Positions 1 to 13,968 of a stretch of 64,000 nt of DNA are shown one piece after another. Made by a program: the position numbers and the translations under genes. The stretch comes from Malacoraja senta. Taxonomy: Eukaryota. Every line of letters begins with the position of its first letter. The stretch's first letter is position 1. The notes below the pieces were generated by a model that saw only the letters and a list, made by a program, of their open reading frames with translations, was not told the DNA's origin and ran no database searches. Location of the stretch: positions 24,986,001 through 25,050,000 of the forward strand of contig CM075978.1 of assembly GCA_038087875.1 (NCBI GenBank), read 5' to 3'.

Positions 1-926
1 CTCTCTTTAAAGGATTATTATAGACATGGCATTTTATGGATGCTAAAGTTGACAGGATCATGAAGCAGTGGGCAACAGTTTTGCTCCAGCACTCTGCAAC
101 TATCTGCCATTGCCTGATGCAATACCCTGATCTCACCAGACATTAATGTTTTAGAAGATTAAACTCTCTTTGTTTTTTTCTGTGTGCCTTCTGTGAAATG
201 CAACTTCTATTGGCTCTGTAACTTATGTCATCCACTATGGTCCTCCTTTGGGTCCACAGAATTGTACCATAAACATTGCCCAGGGTGCTATGGAGCATGA
301 GCTGCAAGGTGGCCCCCCTAGTCTGGAAGGTGAGCAGGAGTGTTCACAAACTTAGATCAAGTTCCAAAACGTTCACAGGTTGCTAAATAATCTGCCACTG
401 ATGCGTTTTTCATAGAATGTTTCAAAACGCAAGTGTGCGGTTGAGGTGTGAAGTTGTGAGGTTACTGACAAATCTACCTTTAAACCTTTCTTTCCCTATC
501 CATTCTAGCTGCACTAGCCTTGGTCTCACAACCAATTCCCAAGAAGCTTTGGGAACCTGCACGCACTCAGTTAAACTCCTACCCTCATATGACTTTAATT
601 CTTAATGAGTGATTATCTCATTGAAATCACCAGCCTGGCTCTCCCAATGGGATTTCTTGAGGAGATTGGGTTAAATGAAGGAATCATGGAGTTGGTGCCA
701 AGTTGCTGATTTACAATCTCTGTCAACACATGGTACCTTTTCATTCCTGCTTCCAAGTTTACCTGATGTCAGGGTTGAACCCTCCCCCATTATTTCCAAC
801 ACCGATTCAGAGTCTCAGAGAGGCATATAGTACAGAGTATCTTTTCCAAGATACTCCATTAAGGCTAGTACCATTTGTTAATGTTTGGCCCAGATCCCTC
901 TAACCTTTTTCTATCCATTTACCTGT

Positions 927-1791
927 TGTGACATTGCGGATAATGCCGTGTTCGACAGTGACCACATCAACACAATGCAATAGGGTGAACTCACGTATAT
1001 AAGTTATTTTCAGTGGTAAGAAAGTCCAGGACTGCATGGGGGTGCTGTCCCTTGCCATCAGGCACACGTTCAGTGGCAATGGTGATCTCATGCTTGTCCC
1101 AGCACCTCAGTCCTGGTGTCGAAGGAACAGGCATGGTGATCTCAGGCTTCTCCCTGCAGTTTGCCCTTTTCTTAGGACAAGGTTGCTGGCGGTCTCAGAT
1201 TTATTGTGGTGGCTCAGCTTGGAGCTTGAAGAGGTGGTGCTGGCAGTCTCTAGGTTATCCTGGCCTTAGCCTCTTTAGTCTTTGACTCGGTCTGTGGGCT
1301 AAGCCCCTCATTGACTGTGGGCAGGAAGAGTCACTGGCATCTCAGGCGTCCTGGCCACTCAGTCTTGCCTCAGTCAGGGGCACTGGCTGTCTAGGGTTTC
1401 TTCCCGGCAACCCAGTCTTGACCACACCTGTGGCCCTGATGGTCTCGGGTTTGGCCCAGTGGTTCAGTCTTGTGAACACAACTAGCCCCACTTTCTCTCC
1501 CTTTCCCTCTCTTTCTTCTTCCTATCACCTCGCCTATTCCTCTCTCTCTCCCTCTCGCCTCTTCCTCCTCTTTTTTCTTTGTCTTTTTCTTTTTCTTCAT
1601 CATCATCTTCTTCTTCTTCCTCTCGCCTTCTCCTCTCTGGCTGGAATGCCTGAGTGTTGTAGGGAGTAGGCTATCAAGCTTCAGGTGGCCAATCCAATAT
1701 CAGCTAATTGGACCCAGGGGATTGGCCTCTCCTGTCCTGATAGCCGGTGACGGGGATCAGAGTGACATCCGAGGGACGGGGTGCTGTCACA
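927..1791 (-). mobile_element. Solo LTR (probably Gypsy-type) inserted in a CR1 fragment
   Basis: Terminal inverted TGTGACA...TGTCACA and a near-perfect 4-bp TSD (CTGT 923-926 / CTCT 1792-1795). The flanks rejoin into continuous CR1 3' sequence. CCAAT boxes near 1690-1725 and minus-strand AATAAA at about 1201. Confidence 0.7.
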
Positions 1792-2024
1792 CTCTCCCAA
1801 TGTTTTTTAAATGTTTGTTATTGTACCTGCCTCAACTACTTCCTCTGGCGGCTCATTCCATATACCCACCATTCTCTTTGAGAAAAATATGAGAGAAATG
1901 TTGCTCCACAAGTTGAGAAATGGGGCAGTTGCAGTAATAATGCAATATTCTGAATTTATAGATTGTTATTTATGTTCATTTCATGTCACGGATCACATGC
2001 ATTTTGGATCAGATGCAACATTAA

Positions 2025-2335
2025 CCTACTAACAAGCTTGAAAGCGCCCACCACCAGATTCAGCAACAATTTGGTCCCCTCTCTGATCAGGCTTCTGAAC
2101 GGTCCTTCCATAATGTAGAGAACTGTCTGAAGCACCTTTACCCCATTGAGGACATTAAACTTTGTCTTTGGAACAGAGGCGCTACAATGTGCTACAATGC
2201 TGAGAACTATATTCTGCACTTTGTATCTTCCCCTTTGCTCTCTCTATTGTTCTGATCTGTTTGATAAGCATGCAAAACAAAGCTTTTCACTGTACCTCAG
2301 TACATGTGACAATAATAAATCTAAACATAAATTTA
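2025..2335 (+). mobile_element. Rex1/Babar (or L2-like) LINE 3' end fragment
   Basis: Starts with ACCACCAGATTCAGCAACA...ATCAGGCTTCTGAAC, similar to the ORF ends at about 25060 and 62580. Ends in GTACATGTGACAATAATAAA. Confidence 0.6.
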
Positions 2336-2480
2336 ATTTGCCTTAATCTGTGGCAATTTGAAAGCAGTGGAACCTCAACATGATCTGCTCCTCAATGTAA
2401 CTGCAGGAGAAATACAGAGAACAGAGAAAACTGCTGAGTCCATTGATCTTGGACAATAAAATGCATATGTCAGGCTGAAG

Positions 2481-2830
2481 ATAGACACAAATGCTGGAGT
2501 AACTCAGCGGGGCAGGCAACATCTCTGGAGAGAAGGAATGGGTGATGTTTTGGGTCGAGTCCCTTCTTCAGACTGAGAGTCAGGGGAGGGGGAGAGGGAG
2601 ATACAGAGATAAGGAAGTGTCAGCTGTGAGAACGAGACATCAAAGGAGGTGGAGATCAAGGAAAATGTAGAATTGATCATTGTTGGCTGGAAGAATATAA
2701 CCACAAAGCAAACTGAGATAAAATGTAATCAGGGACAGTCAGATATGGAGAGCGAGGGAAAGCAAAGGTTTGAAGTTAAGTTAATATTCATACTGCCGGG
2801 GTGTAAGCTGCCCAAGCGAAATATGCCTCA
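2481..2830 (-). mobile_element. Penelope-like element 3' fragment with a degenerate hammerhead-like core
   Basis: Minus strand at about 2825-2780 encodes IFRLGSLHPGSMNIN, the Penelope GIY-YIG C-terminal signature. It is followed by CTGAAGAAGGGACTCGACCCAAAACATC and the shared ~100-bp terminal unit. Confidence 0.75.
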
Positions 2831-2969
2831 TATGTTACCTTCTCTTAGCTAAAAACGATAATTTTCCTTGATCGCCATCCCCTTTGATGACTCATTCTCA
2901 CACCAAGAAATTGTGTCCCCCCTGTCCCCGGTCCGCTCCATATTTTGATAGTGATTTCCGTCACTGCAA

Positions 2970-4060
2970 CACACTGATGCAATCATAAAGTAAGCCCATC
3001 AACGCCTCTACTTCCTTGGATGATTGGGGTGATTTTGTACGTCAATTAATATTCTCATGAACTTCTACAGGTGTACAGTAGAGGGCATAGACATAGACAT
3101 AGACATAGAAAATAGGTGCAGGAGTAGGCCATTCGGCCCTTCGAGCCTGCACCGCCATTCAATATGATCATGGCTGATCATCCAACTCGGTATCCCGTAC
3201 CTGCCTTCTCTCCATACCCCCGGATCCCTTTAGCCACAAGGGCCACATCTAACTCCCTCATAAATATAGCCAATGAACTGGCCTCAACTACCTTCTGTGG
3301 CAGAGAATTCCAGAGATTCACCACTCTCTGTGTGAAAAATGTTTTTCTCATCTCGGTCCTAAAAGACTTCCCCCTTATCCTTAAACTGTGACCCCTTGTT
3401 CTGGACTTCCCCAACATCGGGAACAATCTTCCTGCATCTAACCTGTCCAACCCCTTAAGAATTTTGTACGTTTCTATAAGATCCCCCCTCAATCTTCTAA
3501 ATTCTAGCGAGCACAAGCTGAGTCTATCCAGTCTTTCTTCATATGAAAGTCCTGACATCCCAGGAATCAGTCTGGTGAACCTTCTCTGCACTCCCTCTAT
3601 GGCAAGAATGTCTTTATTCAGATTAGGACACCAAAACTATATGCAATACTCCAGGTGTGGTCTCACCAAGACCCTGTACAACTGCAGTAGAACCTCCCTG
3701 CTCCTATACTCAAATCCTTTTGCTATGAATGCTAACATACCATTCGCTTTCTTCACTGCCTGCTGCACCTGCATGCCTACTTTCAATGACTGGTGTGCCA
3801 TGACACCCAGGTCTCGTTGCATCTCCCCTTTTCCTAATCAGCCACCATTGACAGCATATTGACTGGTTGTATCACAGCCAGGTTCGGCAACTTGAACGCC
3901 CAGGAATGAAGAAGATTGCAAAATGTGGTGAACTCTGCCCTGTCCATCATGAGTACTGACCTCACCACCATCGAAGGGATCTACAGGAGTCATCTTATGC
4001 TGCAGCAAGTAAGAATATCATTGTTCCATTTCAAGATATATGACAATAAAAGACTCTTGA
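2970..4060 (+). mobile_element. Rex1/Babar LINE fragment split by a CR1 insertion (parts 2970-3086 and 3852-4060)
   Basis: Collinear with 62225-62460 (GATGCAATCATAAAG...CTCTACTTCCTT...TACAGGTGTAC...GGCAAC..AACGCCCAGGAATGAAG). Ends in a CTCTTGAC tail. Confidence 0.75.
3087..3849 (-). mobile_element. CR1 (HER1-like) LINE 3' fragment, young
   Basis: ORFs 3637-3822 (QRDLGV...LVRPHLEYC) and 3178-3591 (QRRFTRLIPGM..LSYEERL...RRLRGDLIETYKI...FFTQRVVNLWNSLP) are the CR1 ORF2 C-terminus. The tail is (CATAGA)n. Confidence 0.93.
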
Positions 4061-4218
4061 CACTCGTGCACATGTCAGTGGATGTGTAAACTGTTGAAAA
4101 GGTTCTGTTTTTTCCACAGCCCCTTGATCACATCCTACCATTTAATATGGAGGAGTAATGCTTAAAATGCTGTTTGAGAGAGTCTTTCCCCTTAAGCTGG
4201 AAATAATGCAGTGATTTA

Positions 4219-4670
4219 TGAGGATGTTGCAGGACTCGAGGGTCTGAGCTATAGGGAGAGTTTGATCAGGCTAGACTTTATTCCTTGAAGCACGGGCGGC
4301 TGAGGGGTGATCATACAGAGGTGTAAAAAATCACAAAGGCAATAGGTAGGGTGAATGCACAGAGTCTTTTACCTAACATAGGGGAATCAAATACCAGAGG
4401 ACAGTGGTTTAAGGTGAGAGGGGAAAAATGTAATGGGAACCTGAGGGACAATCTTTCACTCAGATGGTGAGTGTACGGAATGAGCTGCCAGATAAGATAG
4501 TTGAGGGAATACAATAACAACATTTAAACATGTACGTGGATCGGAAAGGTTAAGAGGAATATAGGCCAAATGCAGGCAGCTAGGAATAGCTTAGATGGGG
4601 CATCTTGGCTGGCAAGAACAAGTTGGGCCAAAGGGTCTCTTTCCATGGTGTATGACGTTATGAATCTATG
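4219..4670 (+). mobile_element. CR1 LINE 3' fragment, degenerate
   Basis: GGCTGAGGGGTGATC.TA.AGAGGTGTA.AAAATCA...GGTTTAAGGTGAGAGGGG...GGAATGAGCTGCCAG, followed by the GGGCCAAAGGG tail. Short CR1 tails also occur at about 4754-4825 and 4960-5025. Confidence 0.85.
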
Positions 4671-7600
4671 ACTTACTCAAAAGCACCTTTGGCACAGGTA
4701 CAGATCTGATCTCCTCATAAAGAAATATATATTTAAAAAAAAAAAAATTTAAATGTTCGGCACGGACTTGAAGGGCCGAGATGGCCTGTTTCCGTGCTGT
4801 AATGGTTATATGGTTATATGGTTATAAGATCGGATTAGACTTGATGGGACAAATGGAAATATGAAGGTAAAATGTAAAATTCTACAAAGGCCTCCAAAAA
4901 TGTAAAATTGAAGAAAAGGCTAGATACAAGGTAGAACAGATTCTCTAGAAAGTGAGGCATACAGAGCAAACTTGGTGGGCCGATGGGCCTGTTTCTATAC
5001 TGCACCTCCAAACTAAACTAAACTAACACTGCAACTGAGCCTGCCTTTGCATAGCAGCATCTCAGCAAGGATGGAAGCAGTCTAGATCATCAACCTACTT
5101 TTGGCAGTGCTTCATTCCTGGGGTTGGGCTCAATGACTAGCACCTCCCACTCTGTTTAGATCATTTGTTTGGAAATTATCCGGACACCATGAGTGCATAG
5201 ACCCCAGCCTTCTTTTACACCTCCTCCATCAACACATTGGAGAAACACGGAACTCCTTCTGACCCTTGTTCTATAGGTCAAGCAGTAAACTGTAATCACT
5301 ATTGCAATCATTTCCTCTCATTATTTCAGCTACAATACCTTTCCCCTTTCAGAGGAGCATGCTAGCTTTAAATGGACCATGCTACTCATGATATTGGGCC
5401 ACCTGTTGAGCGTGCAGCCATTCAGCATCATAGGCAGTGCAGGCTGAATGTTATCATCGATTAAGTTAGTAGGTAGCATAAAATTGGCAAGCTGCCCGTG
5501 CTGCAATCAATGGCAGTGGGTTAACCTCACAACATGATCCCTGCAACCATTTTCAGGGGTTATTTGGTTTAACGTCGCAGTGTTTTTCATAAACAATTGT
5601 CCTGCTCTTGCTAAAGTGGTAGAAAATGAATGACGAGGTTTATCTCCCAGTAGGATCAAATAGGGGAGAGAAGTGGATGGTAATAGCATATGTATATTGT
5701 CAAGCAGGCTGAGTAAGAGAAATGGAAACACGGCGTATCATTGGAAGAGAACCCAGAGCGTTCCCTAACCCCACCATTGCCACTCACTGGAGCCATAGCT
5801 CAATGCTTGTCCTTCATGTATACAGTCCACCACAGAGGAGAGTGTATGAACCAGATTTGTCCTTCTACAGCAGCAGTTTCTAGCACACTTCAGCTCCATC
5901 TTCTCCTGCAAGGATGATATCAGTGTATTTATATGTTTAGAGAATACTCTCATCATTGAGAAACAGTTGAGCAAAATGCAAAGTGCTGGAGTAACTCAGC
6001 AGGTCACGCTAGTATCTGTGGATGTAATGGACAAAGAATGTTTCAGATCTGTCTGAACGTATCTTATCCATTTCCCTGTCGAGATGCAGCCTGATCACCT
6101 GAGTTCCTCCAGCCCTTTGTATTTTTGAGAACTTGAGAGGTTGGACTGGGCTCTGTCCAGCTATTTTACTGCTCTCTGCAACAATACTGTATGTGCAGAT
6201 GCCTTTAAATATAATCAATGCAACTTTATCTCCCACTTCTAAACAAGCAACCCACCAAATCACTGCACATGTATTACTAGGGGTATATCTGGATCACTAT
6301 GCTGAGGTCCTAACACCAATTTCTCATTGTAACCAGGATCCAGTGACAAGGTATCCCTGCCCCCAATTCTACCTGCACCTAATCCACACACTCACTTTCA
6401 TGTGCCGTCAAATGTTTAAATTGTGCTATTTTTTGTAACAAATGAATGGGACAAACTTGCCGGGCAGGAAGAGTGATTAGAGTTAGGAACAATACTTCCC
6501 TGTGAGTGAGTCACAAACCTGCAATTAAACTGAGGAACTCAAATGACAATATACAGTGAAAGAGAAGTTCGAGTTGCAAGAGACGATAGGCTGAACTTTG
6601 AATTATCCTTACTAATGAACATTTTTATTTATATAATAACAATTGCATTCTCACCCCCAGCACATACATAGTGGCTGTCTTGCACCATTAGTGAGCGACT
6701 GATTTGAACATTGGTATCATTCAGCAGGCGTTATGTATGATAAGACAAAGTAGCTTCGGAAATCATTTATCGCTTCATGTGGCATTAAAAGGAAATGGAA
6801 AGAAGAAATATAAGATAGAATTATGGAATCCCAGAAGGAAGCGATTCAACTCCATGTTTCTGTGCAGGCTCTTATCCCACCTGATATCATTTTCTGCCTC
6901 TAGGCTTGTAATTTTATAGTTACCACCACTTCAAGAGCATATCAAAGGACTTCTTAAATCCAATAATAATCTAATAATCCAACATTTAAACCTCTCTCTC
7001 TCACCATCCTCAGGTGAAATATTGATTGTCATCTTGCCTATAAACTTTCTTGCTCCAATCTTAAATTTGTGCAATAAAGTTGTTGATTGCACCTATCTTG
7101 CACCCCACCTGTCCTCCTCCTTATAACCCCTCCTATGGACAACCTATGTTCCAAACAATGTGACCCACCAATCCCAAGATGCTTCTATTATTTGCTCTCC
7201 ACCCATTTACCACCATTGAGGCCCATTTGTTTTATTAATCCACGATGTTGTTGCTCCTGGAAATAATCAGTATGTAGAGATAATTTTGTTACAAAAAAAT
7301 ATTGATGTAATATTGGTCTCTTCTTTAACCTCAAAGAGTGTGCATGGGAATTTTGTATTCACGTTTCTTCTCTATTATGACTGAAAGTGACCAATAGCAT
7401 CCAAACAGCATATATATGATATCCTTGCCTGCAAAGCGTTATCTCCCTGAACACTGAGATATTTCACTTTTTTGCTAGTTGAGTCCTTTAGACTAATTTA
7501 TTACTGAATTTATAGAATTCCCCGATGAAATAGCCGTTTCAGTTTGAGGAGCTCAGAGGTGATTGCACTAATTTGTAGCTACCACTGCACAATGCAAGTA

Positions 7601-10389
7601 CAAATGTGCAGAATAATGCAGATTCCTAAACAAAAATAATATATTGAAATAAACTCATTCAGCTGTTGAGGGGCAAAATATTATTTTGTGATGCTGGTTT
7701 TCAACTGCTATGGATCAAACATTTGAAATATTGAACATTGGCTTAAATGTTTTTAATTTAAATTTTCTGGTTTGAAACAACAGAATGATTTAAAGTTTAC
7801 ATTGTGCAAATGAAGCTCAACTCTGACAAACAAACCTCATTATTATGAAGGATAGGCACGATGGAATTTAATGAGTCCTCATGCTTTGTATACTACCAAA
7901 CTGTTTATTTGTTTGAGTATGAGAATAAAGTGATAGTGCAGCTGCACTGGGATGACTGATTAATTTACAGGAACATACAGGTAACAGATTGCAACCAAAG
8001 GGGAGAACCGATCCTGTCAAATTAAAATATGTTCTGCACTGGTAAGAGAAGCAGGGAAACACAGGCAGCAACAATCTTTCTTCTGAAGCAAGTGAAAAGC
8101 TTGTAGACACTAATCACAGCTCAGGCACTGCAACTCAATAATTACCCACAGTCTCATCATCATCCTAGCCTAAGCTCTGACAATCCATCTGGGATCCTTG
8201 TCTATTGTGGCACACAAGAATGAATATGCTTTAGTTATTGGCTCTTGTTGCCCTACAAGCCCCAGGAGTAAACATTCATAGTCCTCACATCCTCTTTTTC
8301 TTTCTCGTTGAAACTACTTCCTAATTTTTACTTCTTCTACAAATGCTACTTTTAAGATGAAAAACTCCAGTGAATCCACAGTCAGCCCAGCCTAGTTTTG
8401 CCGTTTACCAACAGCTACCAAATTGGGCACTAATTGCAAGCTCTGTGATTTAATTAGACTCATTCCAAACACTCACATTTTATCAATTAGTTAATGGGCT
8501 AAAGAGGGTCTTATTGTTGCAGCCAGGTCATTTGGAAGCTCAAAGCTTCTTGATGGTGAGAATGTTAAGACAGCAGCGTTAATATCTGTAATTAACCTTG
8601 AGGGCTCTACGCTGCTGAGATGGGGGTAAGCCCCCATTCCATCCATATGTCTTTTTTCAGCTGTCACATTTATATTAAAAGTAACAATATTCTTTATTTT
8701 CATCATTCTTACTTCATCATTCACCTTACTTTCATCATTCTTATACAAAATTGCACCCGTCTCAGCATCAAACCATATACAATGTATTATCGTGCTTTGA
8801 GCAGGATAACAATTATTATTGTTATATTTGATTAAAAATTCTAATGGCTTGATTTATATTTTTTTAAATGTTAGCTTTGTGATATTTTTCACTTCATTTT
8901 AATCAATATATTGTTGCTTTTAACATTGATATGAATGTCACTTTCGAAAGGTGTAAGCAAACTAATTCAGTAACTCAGCCATTAAAATGTATATTAAAGA
9001 TTTATCAATTAACTTTCACATCAGAGCACTGCCATTTTGTCAACAAGTTTGTGTGAAAATTTCTGACCGTCAAAATGCTGCAAATGTGTAGATTATATTT
9101 AAACAGTTTCTGCATATTTTGTTAAAATGGTGCAACATAACAAATAAAGTATATGAATGCTTTACATCCTAATTAATTTGCATTAACCTCTATTATGTAT
9201 TTTCTTCATGGCTACATTTATTCATGTATAGAGAAATTTTATTTATAAGCTAATAATTTAACTTTAAATTAATAATCACAGGAATATTCCATTGACATCA
9301 ATTTGATATATTTAAACAAAATCCATTTTCCATTAACGCTGTCATGTTATGAAAATGTATGTTGCATAAGGAGTATTTATCTGACCTAAGTAATCACCTA
9401 AGCATTTGAGCAGATCAGTTGAAGCAATTATCACCTGGGATTTTTCTCACTTTGGTAAAATGGTATTTTGCATTGGCTACAGTGGCACATTTTATACAGT
9501 AATTACACGCATCTTAAAGATCTGACACTCTGGAGTATATAATAGTGCTTTCTATAGGGGTGATTATCAGGAATACATGTTTGACTGTACATTGCCCCAG
9601 TTATAAGACAGGTGGAACGAGAGGACATCTGTCTGAATATTGAATGAAGTGCTTCTTCCCATCTGTTGTAAAGTTAGTGATGACTCTGCTTGGCGTCAGT
9701 TATCCTTCTCAACATACAACTAGGGTGCCATATGCCCTAAATGTTGCACGTGCCACCCAGATGACTGGTCTGCCTCCCCTCTCAGCTTGAGCACCTGCAC
9801 CACAACAAGGGGTGTGTGAGGAAACTGACGGCTGAGCACGTGCTGAGCACAGCGGGTGGCATTCAATACAGCCGCAGAGTCCTTCTGAACAAGCCAATCG
9901 CAGACGAAACTGGCCGTGTGGAGCATGCTGCCAATCAAACATACCACGATCCACCTCACCGGCTCATGAGTGGGAAGATTTACAGAACATGATGGTTCAT
10001 CATTTCTAATCCTATCTTAGCCCAGCATGGCTTAGTGAGAGTTTCTCTGACAGACAATGAACACCTGACAGCTGGAAGCTTCGCATGTAAACATGGGCTG
10101 CAGATCACTCATAATTAAAAAATATTGTTTGAAAAACTAATTAATTTTTTGTATTTGACCTTTTCCCTGAACCATTACAAATGTATTGTATTACTAACTA
10201 CATTTAAACAATAGATGTGTAATTATTGCAGAAACATCAAGATGTATAGATTCACTTTTACATCAGAGCAATGCTATTTTGTCAACAAGTTTGTAAGAAA
10301 TCTCCTGACCTGATCAAAATGCTGCAAATGAGTAAAATGTACTTAAACTACATAAAGTGTTCTTTTACTAAAACTGACAGTTACATTTA

Positions 10390-10630
10390 GTGAGTATTTG
10401 TCATATTATATATTTGATAGTTATATTAGATGTGGTGATATTAGATGTGGTGATATTAGAGTATATGTAGTGATATTTGTAGTGAAGTTAGATGTCATAC
10501 TTTTAGAGTATTTGTGATATTTGCAGAGATGTTAGATTATAGTGTTAGATTATTTGTAGCGATATTTGTAGTGATATTAGACTGGTGATGTTGGAGTATT
10601 TGAGGTGATATTTGTAGTGAGATTAGAGGC
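10390..10630. repeat. Degenerate minisatellite (GTGATATTAGA/GTATTTGTA units)
   Basis: Repeated GTGATATT, TTTGTAGTGA and TTAGA motifs over about 240 bp. Confidence 0.8.
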
Positions 10631-11652
10631 TAGACTAGATACTGTAATTCCCTAAAAGGGGAGAGGCGGTGGCGATGTGCAATTAACCAAAGCATGTTAC
10701 GTGGGCAGCATGCCAACTTTGTGTGGACTGCTAATTTTAATAATTGCAGGAACCAGACAGTGCAGACTGCACTGGACGCTTCAGCAGGGTGCCAACATCC
10801 TGAGTGGCTGGAACCAGTTAAAGCCAGCCGGCACCTCTAGAAAGGGCAGATGTCCTGTGCCTGGAGCAGGTGTCTGCAGGCTTTTTTTTTACAAAGGAAG
10901 CTGACCTGGGATGCAATGGTAAACATCATCATTGGATAATGTTGGCTCTGAGGGTTATGTACTGGATCTGCAGGGGCCAGAAGATTCACAGGACACATAT
11001 CCGAATATGCTGGGAGACCGTAGCTACTGATAGAGATGCCGGGGACTTGGACACATGGGTGCGTGATGCTAAATGACCACGCAGGCAAAAAGTTAAGGTC
11101 GGTTAATTCAAAAACCACATCCTACTGACTGGAGCAGGTATGGCAAAGTTCACTACACTCCATTCACTCACATACCTGCATGTCCTAACTCCATGAAACC
11201 ATGAACTAGTGGCCAGCATTATCAACACACATTGTACTGTATTTGAGAAGGTTAGTCAGCTCTCGCATTTGACAACGCACCAAAAATGTGAGATAACTAA
11301 AAATCTTGCAGCAATGCTTCCTGGTGCTCATTGCTTTGCGGGGATCTTAGGTTTCAAACTGGAACAAACTGTACAACAGGCAAGAGGATAAGAATGTGTA
11401 ATTAAGACAATCTGAGAAATGCCCCAAAGACTGTGGAGTGCAAATCTGGAGGAGTTTCCAGGTCTCTGCAAAAACTGGTTCCTGTCCATCCCCTGAAACA
11501 AGACCTGCAGTGCAGCACAAGAAAACCACGGAGCCCATGTTGGACCATCTCCTTGGTTAGCTTCAGCACAGACCAGCATTCTTTTAAGAGGTGCAGGTTA
11601 GCTTTAACTGGTGCTTTCCATTCACAATATTGATCACTAATACAGAATCCAG

Positions 11653-13601
11653 AATACAGAAATATAATAGAGGAATTTGGTTCTTTTTCTGGATATAGAA
11701 TAAATTGGAATAAAAGTGAAAACTTGGCGTTAAAACCTCAAGAATCTACACACCTATTAAAATTCCCCTTTAAAATTGCAACAGAAAAATTTAATTATTT
11801 GGGTATTCAAATTACTAGAAAATATAAAGCATTATTTAATGCTAATTTTATGCCTATTAAATAAACTCAATGCCTTGATTAAATTCTGGAAAACACTTCC
11901 GTTGTCATTAATAGGCAGAATAAACGCTATAAAAATGATCTTTTACCACAAATATTATACATATTTCAATCTATACCATTATATATACCCAAAAACTTTT
12001 TCAAAAAACTAGACTCTAATATTACCAATTTTATTTGGGACTATAGATCACATAGAATTCAAAGAAAACACTTGTGCAAACCAAAAGACGTGGGGGGACT
12101 TTCACTTCCGGACTTTTTGTATTATTATTGGGCAGTGCATATTAAGAATATAATTTATTGGTTGGACAGTCCTACCCAACAGACAGAATGGATAAGAATG
12201 GAGAAAGAGGATTGTTCTCCTTGTAACATAGGAGCTATCCTCTTCTCCCCGATAAATCTGAACAAAACAATATATAAGAATAACCCAATTATACATAATA
12301 CAATAAGAATTTGGAAACAAATAAAATTATCTTTAAAATTAAGAAACCTATCATTGTTAATGCCAATAGTGAATAATCCTTCATTTAAACCATCTCTTAT
12401 TGATAAAACATATAATCAATGGGAAAGAATGGGAATTAAAAGGATCGGTGATATGTATGAAATGGGAAATCTGTTATCATTCCAACAATTACAATTAAAA
12501 TTTAAACTGAAAAATAACCAATATTTTAAATATCTTCAGATCTGTGATTTCATGAAGAAATACATAGAAAGATATCAAAATATAACTTTAGACCCACTGG
12601 AAGAAGCAATGAATATTAAGGCTCTCACAGAAATTAATATCATACATATAATAGTATTTTAAATATAGAACTACCATCGACAGAGGCACTTAGAGAAGAT
12701 TGGGAACGAGAATTAATGATAAAAATCACGAAGGAAACATGGGAAAAGTATTTGATATATATACACAAATGTTCGATTAATGTAAGACATAATTTAATTC
12801 AATTTAAAATTTTACATAGATTATATTATTCAAAAACTAGACTGAATAAATTCTATCCAAATACTTCCCCCATTTGTGATAAATGTCTATCCCAAAATGC
12901 AACTATAACACACTCTTTCGTTTCCTGCATAAAACTTTATAAATTCTGGAGTGATATTTTTGAAATATTTACAAAATTATTCAAGATAATAATGGAACCT
13001 AATACTGAAATGATTATATTTGGAGTAACGGAAGACGGGAACAAATTGAACACATTTCAAAATTTATTTTTTAATTATGGGTTAATAACGGCAAAAAAAC
13101 GTATACTTAAATTTTGGAAAAATACACCCATACCAACGCTTAAAATGTGGACTTCAAACATGTTGGACACCGCACATCTTGAGGAAATGCGATTCCTCCT
13201 AATAGATAAATCAGACCAATTCTTAACGAGTTGGTCTCCATTTATCGACTTTTTGGAAGCATATGGTGCAACAAAATTGTAGAAACTAACTGTTTCAGGA
13301 CTGGGTGAAGGATGGTCAAGAATATAAATAACGATCTCCTTAATTTCTTACTCTTTACTCTACTCTTTCTCTTTCTCTCTTCTTTTCTTTTCTTTACTTT
13401 TCCTTTCCCCCCCCCCCTTTTTTCCTTTTCACACACCATATATCACACGTTTTTCTATCTTTTATTATCTATTCTCTCTTTCTCTCTTTCATTATTAAAA
13501 AAAATAAAAATAAGAAGCTGTACATAAAATGTAGCATGTCAATATATATTAGGCACCTTGGTGCCATATCACTTCTAAATAAAAATATTAAAAAAATATA
13601 T
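11653..13601 (+). mobile_element. 5'-truncated L1/Tx1-clade LINE (ORF2 C-terminal half, frameshifted)
   Basis: ORFs 11776, 12072 and 12716 give LPLSLIGRINAIKM, GGLSLPDF..YYWA and the CCHC knuckle CDKC...THSFVSC. It has a pyrimidine-rich 3' UTR, AATAAA and an A-rich tail. 13-bp TSD ATACAGAATCCAG at 11640-11652 and 13602-13614. Confidence 0.92.
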
Positions 13602-13968
13602 ATACAGAATCCAGCACTACCAACACCCTCCTCCTTCCCCCAACACCCGTGATTCCCTGCCAATGGCCACAATGGTTTGCAGTGACTGTCTTTTGAAACC
13701 ATCATGACCAGGAAGCATATTTTATAAATGGGAATGTATTGGCTTGATTTCATCACACATCTCCAACCTCTTCCCTGTTTCCTTTTCATTTGAACTACTT
13801 ATCTGCCCTTGTTCTCTCTCTTAATCAATTCACTCCATACATTTAGTATTCACACTATCAGTACCCACATCTAGCCCCCTGTCCTATCACTCCCAATTTA
13901 TCTTCTGCGTGGAAGTAAATTGCTTGTTAATACTATGACTTGGGGGCCTGTGGTTTGGGAATATTACT

